From: Raillietiella orientalis
Taxonomy: Eukaryota
DNA: 64,000 bases
Assembly: GCA_036172245.1 (NCBI GenBank)
Contig: JAYWIR010000023.1
Coordinates: 248,001 to 312,000 of the forward strand
Direction of reading: 5' to 3'
The position numbers and the translations under genes were made by a program. Position 1 is the stretch's first letter. Each line of letters begins with the position of its first letter. The notes beneath the pieces were generated by a model, which was not told the DNA's origin, made no database searches, and saw only the letters and a list, made by a program, of their open reading frames with translations. Positions 28,301-41,256 of this stretch are shown piece by piece.

Positions 28301-28966
28301 AAATGAATTTGTTGGTTATGCATTGTGACAGACTCATGCTCTGCAAGTGCTGGGTTAGTAATCGTAATTCTGATAAAACTGAAGCCCAAAAGACCAAGTT
28401 GATTTGACTACTTTATATTGCCTTGGGAACATTCGACCGTCACGTGTATTAATCATGAATCCCGTCAGAAATTAATATAATCAAATACGACAACAGTAGG
28501 ATCTGTTGATGATAGAAAGTAGCTGATTGTCCTATAATCGTTTTCTTTAAAATTATTATCGCATGCACTGCATTCTTTTCTAGGGAAGTGCACCACAATT
28601 TTAACCCAAACCTGTGAATGCAATTGCATAATGATTAGCATCCTAGATTTAGATCCACTTGCAGAGTTCAAGTATTCACCACATGGTGATGTTTTTCATA
28701 CTATTGGTGTATGCAGTGCAAGTTACAAGCCTGTGAACTGTTGATGTAGTCCTGCTGTTATATTTCAGGTATGTGGTGGTTAGGACTGGTGTCTTGCAAG
28801 GATTTTTTTTTTTCAATTTAGGCACATTGTATACCTCTGGCATTACAGTTCAAATGTTCATTTATCGAGTAAATTTGTGTGAAACAACTGCCATATTTCT
28901 TACTCATTTTCAATTTGACCACTTTCGGTATATTTACTAGTGGCTTACTTTTGTTTCCTTGCAGAA

Positions 28967-31900
28967 ATGGACCATATCCAGTCTCAGAATATACAGGTTT
29001 TTGTGCGTGCCAGGTAAGGAGAGTAAATAATTTTGCATGAAACATGTTTATTTAGTCCATTAAATGATCACGAGAAAGAACAGCGAGCCTGGAAGGTTAT
29101 CAAAATTCCTACTCACAAAGAGGTTGTTCTTCAGACCAAACCAGGAGAAAAACCAAAAACCTTTACTTTTGACTGGGTATTTAGTGACAATGCAAAGCAG
29201 GTATGTCTTGCAATTTGTCAGGATGTAATGTGTACTTTATTTTAGTTAGATGTTTATGAAAAAGTTGCACAACCACTTTTAAAGGAAGTTTTATCAGGAT
29301 ACAATTGTACTTTGTTTGCCTTTGGCCAAACTGGGACTGGAAAGACGTTCACTATGAAAGGTGAACAAGGAAGTGATCGTGACAACTGGGGAGATGCTTC
29401 TTTGAGTGGAATCATTCCCAGAACCATAAATGATCTTTTTGATGAAGTTTCTGCCCAGGGAATGCGGTCTACAGTGAATGTTTCCTTTGTGGAACTTTAC
29501 AATGAAGAACTGTTTGATCTGCTGGGAATCACTAAGGACCCATGCAAACTGTGTCTCTTTAAAGATGTAAACCATCATGGTTCAGTCATTATTCATGGAT
29601 TAGAAGAGGTGACTGTGCACAGCAAGAATGAGGCTTATCAGATTTTCAAGAAAGGATTAAAGAGAAGACACACAGCTTGCACTTTGCTCAATACTCATGC
29701 AAGTCAATCACATGCTGTGTTTGGAGTGACTGTGTATACAAAAGAATACTTTCAAGAAGGAGAGGAACTCCTGAGGACTGGAAAGTTTAATTTAGTGGAT
29801 TTGGCTGGCAGTGGAAACATAGGTCACTTAGGTGCTTTGGGTCATCAAGCTAGGGAAGCTGGTACCATCAATCAAAGTTTGCTTACCTTATGTAGGGTCA
29901 TTCAAGCCTTGGCAGAACCTACTTCTCACGTGCCTTATCGAGAATCCAAATTAACACGCCTGTTACAAGACTCACTGGGGGGGAAAACTCGGACATCGAT
30001 TATTGCAACGATTTCTTCAGCATCTGTAAACCTAAAGGAAACTTTATGTACTTTGGAATACACCCAGTACGCTAGGAAGATCATCAACAAACCAGAAGCC
30101 AATCAGAAACTTACTAAAATGACCATTCTGAAGACATATGTGGAACGAATTGCCTTTCTGCATCGGGACTTGATTGCAACAAAGGAAAAAAGCGGGATTG
30201 TACTGGATAAGGACAATTATACACAGTTGTGTGCTCAGCTGGAGGAGCAGGAGCAGAAAATTGCCGATGCACTAAGCAGCATGCAGGCTCTGCGAAAGGA
30301 AATGATGAAAATTGAGGTAGGTTTTTCTGAGGTTGCGTACTTATCACCTGTAGAGTTACAGCGTATTTTCTCTGAACTTGGTAAGACCCATGAGTTCACA
30401 AAGCAAAAGTTACAGCACACTAATGAAGAACTGGAATCTATGCAGCTAACTTTAGTGTCAACAGATAAGCAGTTGCAGTTAGCAAAATTGCAGCAACAGT
30501 TGTGTGAATGTCAGGTGGCTCACCATCTGCTTGCAGAGGATACTTTAAAACAGCAGGCCAAACAACTGCTGGACATTACCCAACTTAGTATGGCAGACTT
30601 GTGTGTCCTGCATAGGAATTTACATCAGAGAGCAACTCTAGATTACACCAATGGACAGCATCATAAGCTCTGCAAAACCAATATCTCATTCATTTGTGAT
30701 AACCTGACCAATGAACTGAAGGAATTTTTTGGTAATCAGAAGATACAACAAACGCTCCGTGAGAACTTGTATGGTGTGTACTGCCATGTATTGAATTGCG
30801 TCATTGTATAGACATCTTAGGCCAACTAAAAAAGCTGCAACAGGGACATGTAGTTTCTCACGGTGGAACTATATTCAGTTCGGTTGCTACAAAAGACTTG
30901 GAAGTAGTTATACCTCTTCTGCAGGATTGCTGTGATTCTGAGAAGCGAATTATTAGAAATGTGAATGATTACACCCATCAGCAATGGAGGATGCTGCAAT
31001 GCTGGAAAAAGCGCATCTACCTCCATCAAATGAAAGGCATCAACCAGATGCTCGTCAACCTAATTAGCCTACTTGACAGAACCAGCATTTTGTCCGCACA
31101 AATGAACCTGCAGACAAGCAGGAAACAGCAGCACCTTCAGGAGTGGCTGGAGCAATGCACAAAAAGCTGCGAGAAACGGAAAAAGGAATTCTGCTTACAG
31201 TGTACCACTGTCATGACCCATATTGAGCAAGCACATCGTGGACTGGAAGACACTTTTGCCACAGTACATCAGGAGTTCAAGGTGAGGAATGAATTCATGT
31301 TTTTTGTCTTCACTGCAATTTTCTAGGAAGAAAGTGAAACTCCAAAAGACTTGAGAAACACTGTGAACATAATGGATCAGCAGCAGAAAGAAATCAGTTC
31401 TAGAAAGCAGGAAACACATGCTTTTCTCTCTTTACACAAGCAGCTGCAAGATGTCTTGCAGAAGCTGCATGCATCTCAGGAACAGATTCAAATTAGCTCT
31501 TCTAGCACTTTGGAGCAGTACAACCTGCAGACTAAACAGTTTGCAACTGCTGTGAGGAGTATCATGCAAAAAAATTCAAGAAGCATCGTAAAAACAGTCA
31601 CTCATGTAGCTGACAAGGTACACTCTGGTCAGCAATGTCTGCGTGTCCAATTTGTTAACAGAAGGCAGGAACAACTGAGTGCTAGTACCGAGCATTTGTT
31701 ACAGGCATTGGAAAGAGAGCAACAATTTCTGACAAATAATGCCATGCAGTCACTGAAAAAGACAGATGTGGATGTACAAGGAGGTGTCATGGCCAGAAAA
31801 CAGGCAGCTGATGAGATTCAGTCTGCTTTCACAAAGAATTGGAATTATGTGCATGCTTTGCGACAAAACAAGTGCGTGGATCACCACGTGGAAGTGATAC

Positions 31901-32298
31901 TTCAAAGCTTGCAAAATATGAAAGATGAAGTGCGCTTTCATTATCAAGACCGTCTGCAAGTTTACAAGCCAACTGGGTTGACGCCACCAACAAGAGAATG
32001 GAAATTGGCAGCCGAATCTCCCCAGAGGTACATTTTGCGACATCTTCAATGCCAACGGTTTGCACAAAGCGATGTTGCATATCCCTCGTGGCGAAGTGGT
32101 GAAGGTCGATTTCACGAATCCTCAGGAACATCCGAAGTTCTAAAGGATGAAGAAAAGGAAAACGACATTCGAAGCGTCCAGACTCCCATTATTCACAAGC
32201 GACAACGATCCCACGGTAAACTTCGATCCCTGCATCAAAAAGAGCTCGTCGCAAGCCGTAGGATAGAACCAACCCGGCTGCTACGTCCCATGAACTGA
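28967..32298 (+). CDS. KIF11: Kinesin-5 (BimC/Eg5/Klp61F family), about 1038 aa, with substituted switch I/II residues; exons 28967-29013, 29056-29200, 29246-30316, 30362-30773, 30812-31281, 31327-32298
   Basis: NIQVFVR, KTFTFD, P-loop GQTGTGKT, ELYNEELFDLL, HVPYRESKLTRLLQDSLGG, neck NKPEANQK, coiled-coil stalk and BimC box YKPTGLTPPTRE. All introns are GT-AG (38-45 nt) and the exon sum of 3117 nt is in frame. Confidence 0.93.
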
Positions 32299-32899
32299 AG
32301 TCACTTCAGACGTTGATTCGTGAACTGGGATGCTGACAATATTGCCCAGTTCCCACGATTGCTTATAATGTAAGGTGTTCTGATTACTGAGCCAATTTAG
32401 TGGGCCAAAGTGAGTTCCTTCGAAGGATAAGCGAGGCGCGGGTTGTGATGTGGTTTTCTTGTCACCTTACTATGCCTTTCACCACCTTCGCGGATGTGAG
32501 CTTTCCATGCCAAAGGTGCCCAAAATGTTGAACTCCAATTCGACCAATGCGACTATATAGGGAATCCTGTAATGAGGGCCTGCGTTGCATCGCCCCTTCT
32601 GTTTCCTCAAAATAAAATCCCCCGTCTCTTCGTGTTAGGAGTTGGCGTGAAAGTTGTTTTTTACTATCCAGCCAACAGTTCATAGCTTTTGCCTGCCTCG
32701 AGTGCCGTATGTCAATCCACAGAATTGGGTGACAGAGCTGTAATAGAAAATGTTTCTTATCAGATACCCAGCCAAGGGGCAGGACAGGTCATCTAGCATG
32801 TGTATTTCTTGCCTCGGGTAGGTGTTGGTTGTTAAATGCTCACGTGATTCGCATTCCCAACGCCTGCCGTGAAGCATTTCTACCAATGTTCGCGATTTT

Positions 32900-35800
32900 T
32901 TAAGGAATATCGTAAAAAAGTATTCATTGGGTGATTTAACTGTTGCATCTTTCCATCCCTCGAGAACGTGGATGTTGGCCAATTTTCGTGCCAGAATCAA
33001 AACGCAGGTGTCAAGTACATCAGACGGAAGATGAAAAAAGCAGCCTGAGAGTTGTGGGGATCTTTCGGGCTCGGATGGATGCAACCCATCCGTTTGCGGA
33101 GAAGCCGTCTTTTCAAACCTTAGTCTTTCTAAATACATGAGTTTGAGCGTAATGATCAGAAATGTGATTTCTTTTCAAGGCCGTTTGGCCGTTTATCACT
33201 GCATATGAAATTAGCTTCCCCCGGGCCGGCCCTCATCTGTCTGTTAGTGTATTACGTGTGCCAAGTTATGCATATTGAAAGTATGTGAAATTAAATCCGA
33301 TCGGCGGAGGGATGATGTAATGTAAAGATTTCATTTTTCAAGAGCAGACGGTACGTAATGGGGTAGGCAGAGTCATCTTCAGCTTCCCTGCCGCAATTCT
33401 CAATGGTCCCGTCCGTCGTGAGATGGGGAAAGTACGACGTACTTCATAGACGGCTGTTGCAGGGCGGAGAGTTCCCGATGGTGGATGACATTCTCTCAAG
33501 GAGGTGCACCGTGCAAATTGTTCTATCGAAGTGGCAGCATGAAATATACATAAGATGAACCACGGGGCGAAAGGATGAGCAAATTGGACGAGCACGTGGG
33601 CTGGATGGATTCGCTGCATCGTTAATACCCGTTGCTATGCTGTTCGCGACACAATCACAGATTTTAGTCACTCACTTTTAGTCATTTGCACAAGTTCGGT
33701 ACTCTGGTATGACAAGAACATAAGGCAAAAGGGTAATTCGTTTGCGAAGCAGCTAAAGGTCAGCCATTCGGGAAGCTCCAACAAGACACGCGCCAGATGT
33801 GTGGTAGGGTTGCCTGCAAGTCACAGCGTCGTTACATTTTGGCTTTGCTCCGGCCTTGACTGTCTTCGTACTCTTCGTCTAACCTGAACCTTGCAGATGC
33901 TCTGATGACAAACACTTACTTAGGATTCTTAGCCTGCTGGCCATCGAAGAAACGGCCCACCGAGGCACGGCAGCGGCCACCCAAAGCACACCTTTGCTTC
34001 CCCCCTTTTTAGGAATTCAAAACAATCTGTGAGGGCATTGTGGAAAATGGTAGTGCTTGATTACAGAGGACGTTTGCACGATCAGGACCATTCTTCGTGA
34101 TGTGGTGATGCTGCTTCCGAGATGGCAAAAAGCTTTCTAACTTCCTTCGAGGTCAAGCGATGCTGGAGAGCGACAAGCGCAATACGCAACACGTTCTAGG
34201 TTTTGATCTTTTCATTGAATATCTACTCATAAGGACAGCATGTATGCACTGCTTATATGCATAAAGTGTGAATACATCGAAAGAATGAAAATTTCGATCG
34301 CAATTTTCGTCGAAGTAACTTCTTGTGAGCTCGTGTCATCAACACAGTGTATACAACTTACGTTCGCGTGTGCATGCAATGCGTAAGCGTGTGAGGGCAG
34401 CCTTCCTGGTTTGCAGGGAGATCTAAATTGGTCGATCCCATCGTGTCATGTTCCCCACATTACTGTTTTTTTTTTCTTCTTCTTCTTCTTCTTTCTGAGG
34501 ACAGTTTCAAGAACACGTTCACAAATCCAGTTTCAAATATTTCCAGGATCGTGATTCCGCTTCCCAGTATAGAATCACATACCTCCTGAGGATAATGACA
34601 CCAACTTTCAACTAAAAGCACGACTAACATTCTGAGCCACGTAAAGAATTTTTAGCATGCAGCTACTAATGATCACTACATCAAGCAATTTCTGGCGAGA
34701 TCGGGGTCACGGGAAGAACGGAAGCCAAAAGTGGTGACAGTGTGTTACCGAAATCGAATGCTTCCCTGCTTTAGCGTCAATAATTCCTAGAAAACCAAGG
34801 AAACCAAGCCACTTGGAAGCAACTGCAGTTACTTAGCAACTCTCATCCTGAATCATTATTGGCTGGGTTCTATCTGAAACATGAAGGCAGTGAAGGATTC
34901 AGGAACCTTGTCAACCCACACAAACTCAGTGGCTGGATGCCCGAAGGCCAACCACGAAAGAGAAAAACAGTGAAAACCAGTGAGGCACATTGACTACCGC
35001 ATGCATGTATGAATGAAAGTATAAAACAAATTCACCCCACCCCTCCTGGTACTTGGGGAGAATCGCGAACTCGGTGTCCCTTTCAAGAGCAATGTACGCA
35101 TTCCATCAAACATCATTGGACCGAATTTTCGTTACCGAAAGCGTTTCCGGGTTTCAAAGAAGCACAGCGGCTTCCAATGCATTGCTACAGACAATGGTCG
35201 CCTGCACCATCGCAGGAACAACACGACCTATTGGCGGCTGGAGGACTTGCGAGCTGGCAGACGCCGCCACGCCTCGCCACATCCCGAAGGGACTCCTTCG
35301 GTGGAGTGAGCATTTGAGTGTGCCTCCCGAAGAACTTGTGATCCCTCCCTCCTGTTTGAACACTTCTGTGTTCCCCCTTTCGTGGAAGCAGGACGTCATC
35401 ATGCTGGTGCATTGGGGTTTTCACTCCAACCAGCGGACGAACCGTGTTTCCGGGGGAGTTGTCTCCCCGAACTGTAAACGGTGCGGGGAAGTGGAAACGC
35501 TCCCCCATCTGCTCTTGGACTGCGGTGCCCTCCTAGGACTGTGGCGGAGGCTGGCCTCAGCTCTCCTGCTGCAGGGGGACACCGCAAGAGACTTGATGCG
35601 CCGCTTCTTCACGCCAGTCGGCCTGTCCTTAGGTGCGGTGGTCGCAACGGTCTGTTGCACCCGCGCCATCGACAAGGCCCACCGAGAGCTGGAGAAGCTG
35701 GCGATTTGTCGACAGGCCACCGGAATAGCCGTCGAGAACATGACTTCGGCTGCCGAGTGGGCCCATCTTCCAGAGGGCGTTAGGAGCGAGATCTCCGGCA

Positions 35801-35925
35801 TCCACCGCCGGTTCTGAAGGAAAGGAACGGCCAGCCTCCGCCGCAGTCCCGTCGGGGATCCCTCCCTTCGTTTTTTTCTGTGTCCTTTGTCCGGGAACTC
35901 TGTTCCTGGATGGTTTAGTAATAAA
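32900..35925 (+). mobile_element. L1/Tx1-like element (fossil E): decayed endonuclease/RT with an open C-terminal zinc-finger segment at 35053-35817
   Basis: LGD(F)NC with a 1-nt deletion at 32927-32943, ILRDVV..QKAF (~34090-34140), FPTLLF (~34455), then an open frame LGRIANSVSLSRAMY...SPNCKRCGEVETLPHLLLDCGALLGLW (CCHC zf-RVT type). AATAAA at 35920-35925. Confidence 0.75.
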
Positions 35926-36499
35926 CTTCCCGGCGCACCCGGGTGAGAAACAGACAATGAGAATGAGCACTCGAAATATTCTTGCAAAGAGCTACCAGAC
36001 GTTGTATGCCGTGACAAAATACAGTACCGTAAGTTGAAGTTCTCTTTCACGTACGGAAATGCAGTAAAGGGGATTTAGCGAGCGGATTTCTGGTGTTTCG
36101 TGGCTGACTTGCTGAATATTATTCGTCATGATATCGATTGCATCAAACCATGGAGACATACCTAATTCTTCTAGCCTAGAGCCTGCGTGTTTTATAGCGT
36201 ACACAATATGATTTGTAGTACTCAAAAGATGTGCAATCGAGAAAAGCCGTACATCCTCAAACTGAGAGTCCGTTCGAATGCACAAGAATTTCCCAAGACC
36301 CTCAGTATTTCTATTTTCCCAAGAAATTTCCAGTCAAAGTGTCATAGCTACGTACCAACGTGTGAGAAATACACTTTATTAGAGTGAAAATGCTATTATC
36401 ACTTTTGTGCATCGGTATGTGCAGACGTTAACAAAGGATCAAAATGGTGTTTGCAAGGTGCTCAATGCAAACACCATTTTGATTTAAAAGCATTTTCAG

Positions 36500-39400
36500 A
36501 GCTTTCAAAGTTTCCTCCGCTAAACATACCAACCCGGAAGGTTGGACGAAGGCACCACGCGTTCGACCAACGACACATCGGCGAAGAACGCGAAAATCCT
36601 CTGGAACACAGGTATGTGCATCCCATGTGGAATACTCTTTCACAAGAGGAAAGCAAGGAAAAGGGGTGGGTGGGGAGGCAAGTCTCTTTTTTCCGACTAA
36701 TGTACCGATCGATCTCCCTTCGTGCACCTCGCTACCAGCAGCTTTTAAATCTTCTCGGCCTCTTAAGCAAACAAGCAGCAGCCTAGTTTCTAGCTGTATG
36801 TGTTTTGAGGAGTTTATCAGGAGGTTCCATTCGTCACCACCTACTTTAATAAGATCAGGAAAATAATGAAGCGAGAACGAAGAAGGGAAATTTCCCTTTG
36901 TCCAATATTTGCAGCTGAAAATGTTCTGAAGTCAGTACCACCGCGCTTGAGCTTCCTCTCAGTGAAACACTTCTGGCTTCTCGGTAGAGAATACTAATAC
37001 ACTGTTCCAATAAATCCCGGGATATTATTCTGGATAAATAGCTCAGTAGCAGCTCTATCAAGAGGATATGTCTCTGGGTTATTTGAAATAATGAAAAACG
37101 TACTAAGCATACTTATAGGAAACAAAGAATACAGCATCGCTGTCTTATATGTCTTATAAGAAGATAAATTCGATAGTATTTTGAAAAGTGGTACAGCCTC
37201 AAAAAGCAACTGATGTATTGTGCAAGAAAAGCTCGTGAAACATCATGTACAAAACACCGATGTGCAAACAAGAATGCTTAATGGCTCAACAGGGAAACAG
37301 GAAGAATAAGCATGACGAATCAGGGAGCACTTTTATAACATGCTAAAAGAAAAGTGTACACAGTTGTGCATTAGTGACCAACGGTAGGGTTCACAAAGCA
37401 TCACATCAAATAATAAGTATTTTGTCTCATGACATTATGCTTCTGGACATACCAAACCTCAATAAGAAACAGATGGGAGAATGAGTCATTACAACACAAA
37501 AAAGAATCCCTTCCAACATCACAGTAAATGACGCTGGCAGGAATCAGAAATGCTACTGATGACCGCAATGAGCATTTAACCTTGGATCTCACTTTGTCTA
37601 TAGAGTTAAAACAGAGATAAATTAATCAAAACGTGAAATGCTACCATATAGAAATGATAACTTTGCAACTCGTCAAATCCTTAGATGCGTTCATCAATGT
37701 AAAGTGAGCTTGAACCTCGAGTAGTAATATTTATCCACAGTGGCACAAACATAATGGACTTTTTTGTGTTTTCCTTGCTTCTTCATTAACCGTGAGTTAT
37801 TGCGGCTGGCGAACGGACGCGGAACCATCATTCCTCTACGTTTTACGTATTATGATAAACTCTGATCTATTGGAATTTATTGAACGTATTGAATCTGCGC
37901 CTACCTCTAAAAGAGAATTGCATTCAATCTGGTGCTTAAATGCTTGTCACCAGAGCTTGCACCATCTTCAGGGATGCCTTTGTGTAGCCTGCGAAGCTTC
38001 ATCTCAAGCAGCACACCAATCTCTGCAAAACTCTTCTGCTCTTGAAACTTCCTAGGATTCGAAGGATTCAATCAGGAAGTAAACACAGCTGTCACCACCA
38101 TTATTCGTTGTTTGTAAATGATGTGAGGGCTATTGAGATTCTGAACGCTGATCCATTCCGGTGCTCACTCTTGGAGGTGTGGTTCATGCCTTACAAAAAA
38201 AAACTGGAGGCAACTCTTTCCTGTCATAACGAATGCTTCGAGGATAATTTCCGATGTGAGGGTTCTTTTGGCCGTTGATCAGCACGATCAGAATCCTCTG
38301 TTGTACACTTTGGACCTCAGAGTCGAGTCCCAAGTTCCCCATTTTTGCTGTGTATACTGAAATGACGGATTGAGTGGAAGCCAACTAGGAACTTTCTACA
38401 ACGTATTTTGTGTGGCGTTTGTACATTGCAACTTTTGAGGATTTTTAAATTTAAATAGATGCACCTTCCGGTACAGCCACTATGTGACGACTTATCTGAC
38501 TTTATATCAGAGCGACGGGCGATTTGTATTCAATGATTATTATATTCAATTTACCCTTCTCAGATAAATTTACAATTAAATCCCATTTCAACATAAAATT
38601 ACATATATATATTCAAGTTTAAGACATTGTAGTTCACAAATTATTCTTTTTCATGCTGCATCTTGATTAAAACTTTCAATTACCATGAATTGAGACAATT
38701 AATTATTGCACGCCACGCGCACCTGCAATGCCTCATTTCTCGAAAAGTACTGAAATCAAGCTCTTGTACAGCTGAACTGTACGACGGTTCGGTGGACAGA
38801 TCGCGGGCAAAAAGACACTTACGGATGATATACTGTAAACACTTAGGTTTACAGGGTAATTTGCCTGCAGCAGCAACCTTTTCTGCAGTTTAAAATGTCA
38901 TTAGGGAATGGTGAGAGAATGATGATGGTTTTTGTGTCTGTATTTTTTCTCATCAGGGATGTGATGTGATGGTAAGGTTGGAAACTGTGTACACCTGTCC
39001 ATGAGTTTAGCGTGGTGCTCGTAATGAAAGCCGTTAGCGCAATCCACAAATACCGTCTGTTTACAATGATTTCCGGCAAATAACGTAAAAATCACAACAG
39101 GTGACCATGATGGCGGAAAACTTCACCATGCCCAAAACCCTACTGGAGTCTCCCAAGTGTACAGATGCAGCCGGCTCAAAACACGGGATGACCGACGGAA
39201 CCATATGATTTGCAGACAGCTTTTGCTTGCATCGTCCTACCAGCTTTACGAAAAAGCATAAAACGTCCGCGTTCACCTCGGGGTCAAATTCTTCATTTCA
39301 CCTTATCTTTCGTTAATGTGCGTCTGTGTCACCTGAGTTAGAAAGAAACGGTAAGAACTGCGAGAAGTTATTGAATGCTTGCTCGGTCAATAAATGGCAC

Positions 39401-39750
39401 AGCTCTGGGGGGGGCAAAAGAATGCTGCAAAGTAAACTATCTGGAAAATACCGACCCTATTCAGTGTTGCCAATGCCATTCGGCAACGCCAACATCCCTT
39501 TTGTGAGTACGCTTCCGAATCAGCTTCCCATCGTCTGGCTTCAACTAAATAGAGTAGGCAATGTACCACCAATAAATATCCTATCACGTCTATACGAAAC
39601 AGAGCCAGCGCTTTCCACAGGAGCTACTAATAATACATACTAAAAGGCCTGTCTAACAAAAGCAAGCATCACGTACATTCGATTGTATTAACCGAACTCA
39701 TGAGGGAGGAGAGGTGAGACAGGGATAATCAACCAATCCCGTGGGTCCAG
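36500..39750 (-). mobile_element. Decayed L1/Tx1-like element (fossil F), tail-to-tail with E
   Basis: Minus-strand order: AFN (~39370), AGNH (~39070), STQSVISVYTAKMGNL (~38350), SGDKHLST (~37940), DKVRSKV (~37590), HLFLIEVW (~37460), SSPMCRW (~36580). Confidence 0.45.
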
Positions 39751-41183
39751 ACGCAGCAGCATTGCAACTGGTGCTTGTTGAAGCTGCGACGCCAAGCATG
39801 TGTGTGTGGGTGTGTTCATGAAAAAGAGTGGGCGAAAAATTTTCTAGCAGTGAGTTTATTCATTCAGCCTCTGTTCGTCCTTACTTGGTTGACACGAAGT
39901 GAGCATTCAACAGCCTTCACAGCTGCGTTTTTCGTTTGTGTCTTGTCGAATGCGCCTATCCTTTTCCCACCTTCGGACATGCTGCAGAATTTCGTGCAGA
40001 ATGGCAGCATCTCAAAGAGTCTCTCGCAACTTGCCACCGTTTCCTCAACGGGGGGACTTTACGAGTGGCTTTTTATGTCCACACCTTTCATATCGAGACT
40101 CATTTTAGTCTTCTTAGCCAACCTGGTGGCCATTATTTTTTTCTTCCTCTTCACACCAGTTATCCTCGTGGAGATGGCAAAAACTGTTTTCCAATGGTAG
40201 TTTAAAGGAACTCCACTGAATTCACTTCCGCTGAAGCTCATCTGAAGTGGCATTCTTATTAAATCTGCCAACTGCAGGTTGCTACATCTTCCAAAAAGCA
40301 TGTCAGTTCTAAATCTGTAACTATGCACCATTGGAGAAAGCTGCTGCGGCTGACTTTCGAGAAGCAGAACGCAGGCTGGCCCCATGGATTAAGTAAGTGA
40401 CGTCAGATTTTGCCGCGGAACTGACATTTTCTCATTCTTCTAAAGAATGAGTGGCCTCATCATCTCATAAGAATGCACTGGTTGTTAGTTATCTTCACGT
40501 TATCTTCATCATGTTGGATATTTTATGCGAGATCTTCCTACATGCACTTGGATATATTGGGTGAAGTAGAAAAATTAAAGCAGTACTTCTCCTAGTATTA
40601 TTATTATTATGAATTCTGCTTCAAGCCCTCCGGATCAGTCCACGCTTCAGTGTGTTGGAAGTATCAAATCACGTCATTAAACTTCTGACCACTCCTTGTA
40701 GGATTTGTACACAATCCCTTGGCATTCATTCTTAAAAATCAAGTTTCATATAGATCAAGATTTATGTATGCCTCGATCCAGTTTGGTTCGTGAAAGGTTA
40801 GAAATCGGAAATATTTTTTTCCGTATTACTGTCGTATAGCATGTCTGACCATTTTCCCATTAATATGCTCTGCTGATATGTCATATGCTCACACGTCCTT
40901 GGAATAAGATGGTGCATTTCAAACTCAATTATGAAAAGAACATTCTTAATGGAATCCAAGACTGCCAAAGCTGCAAGTGCACCATTGGCATGCTGCTTCT
41001 TAAATCACACATCCAAGGTCCATCTGACCGTCGAATTGAGAAGACCACATGACTTTGAACCCAGATAAAAGGCACAAACTATCAGCATGACTGGTGGACA
41101 ACATGACTCCATGTTTATTCCACGTCTCGGGCATGTGGTCAAGTCTCACTCTTCCATCACCGTTCACGCGACTTGTTCCCGTC

Positions 41184-41256
41184 GCATGTCTGGAGGACTC
41201 GAACTCCAGACCTACTGGGAAACGGGCGGTAGCTCGAGCGGTTTGGCTAGTTTGAC
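41184..41256 (-). pseudogene. Decayed tRNA-like sequence (tRNA pseudogene or SINE head)
   Basis: A-box TAGCCAAACCG, GAGC at tRNA positions 22-25, AGGTC at 44-48 and B-box GTTCGAGTC at 53-61 all fall on canonical numbering. The T-arm is extended to an 8-bp hairpin (41188-41195/41204-41211). Acceptor and anticodon stems are broken. Confidence 0.5.
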
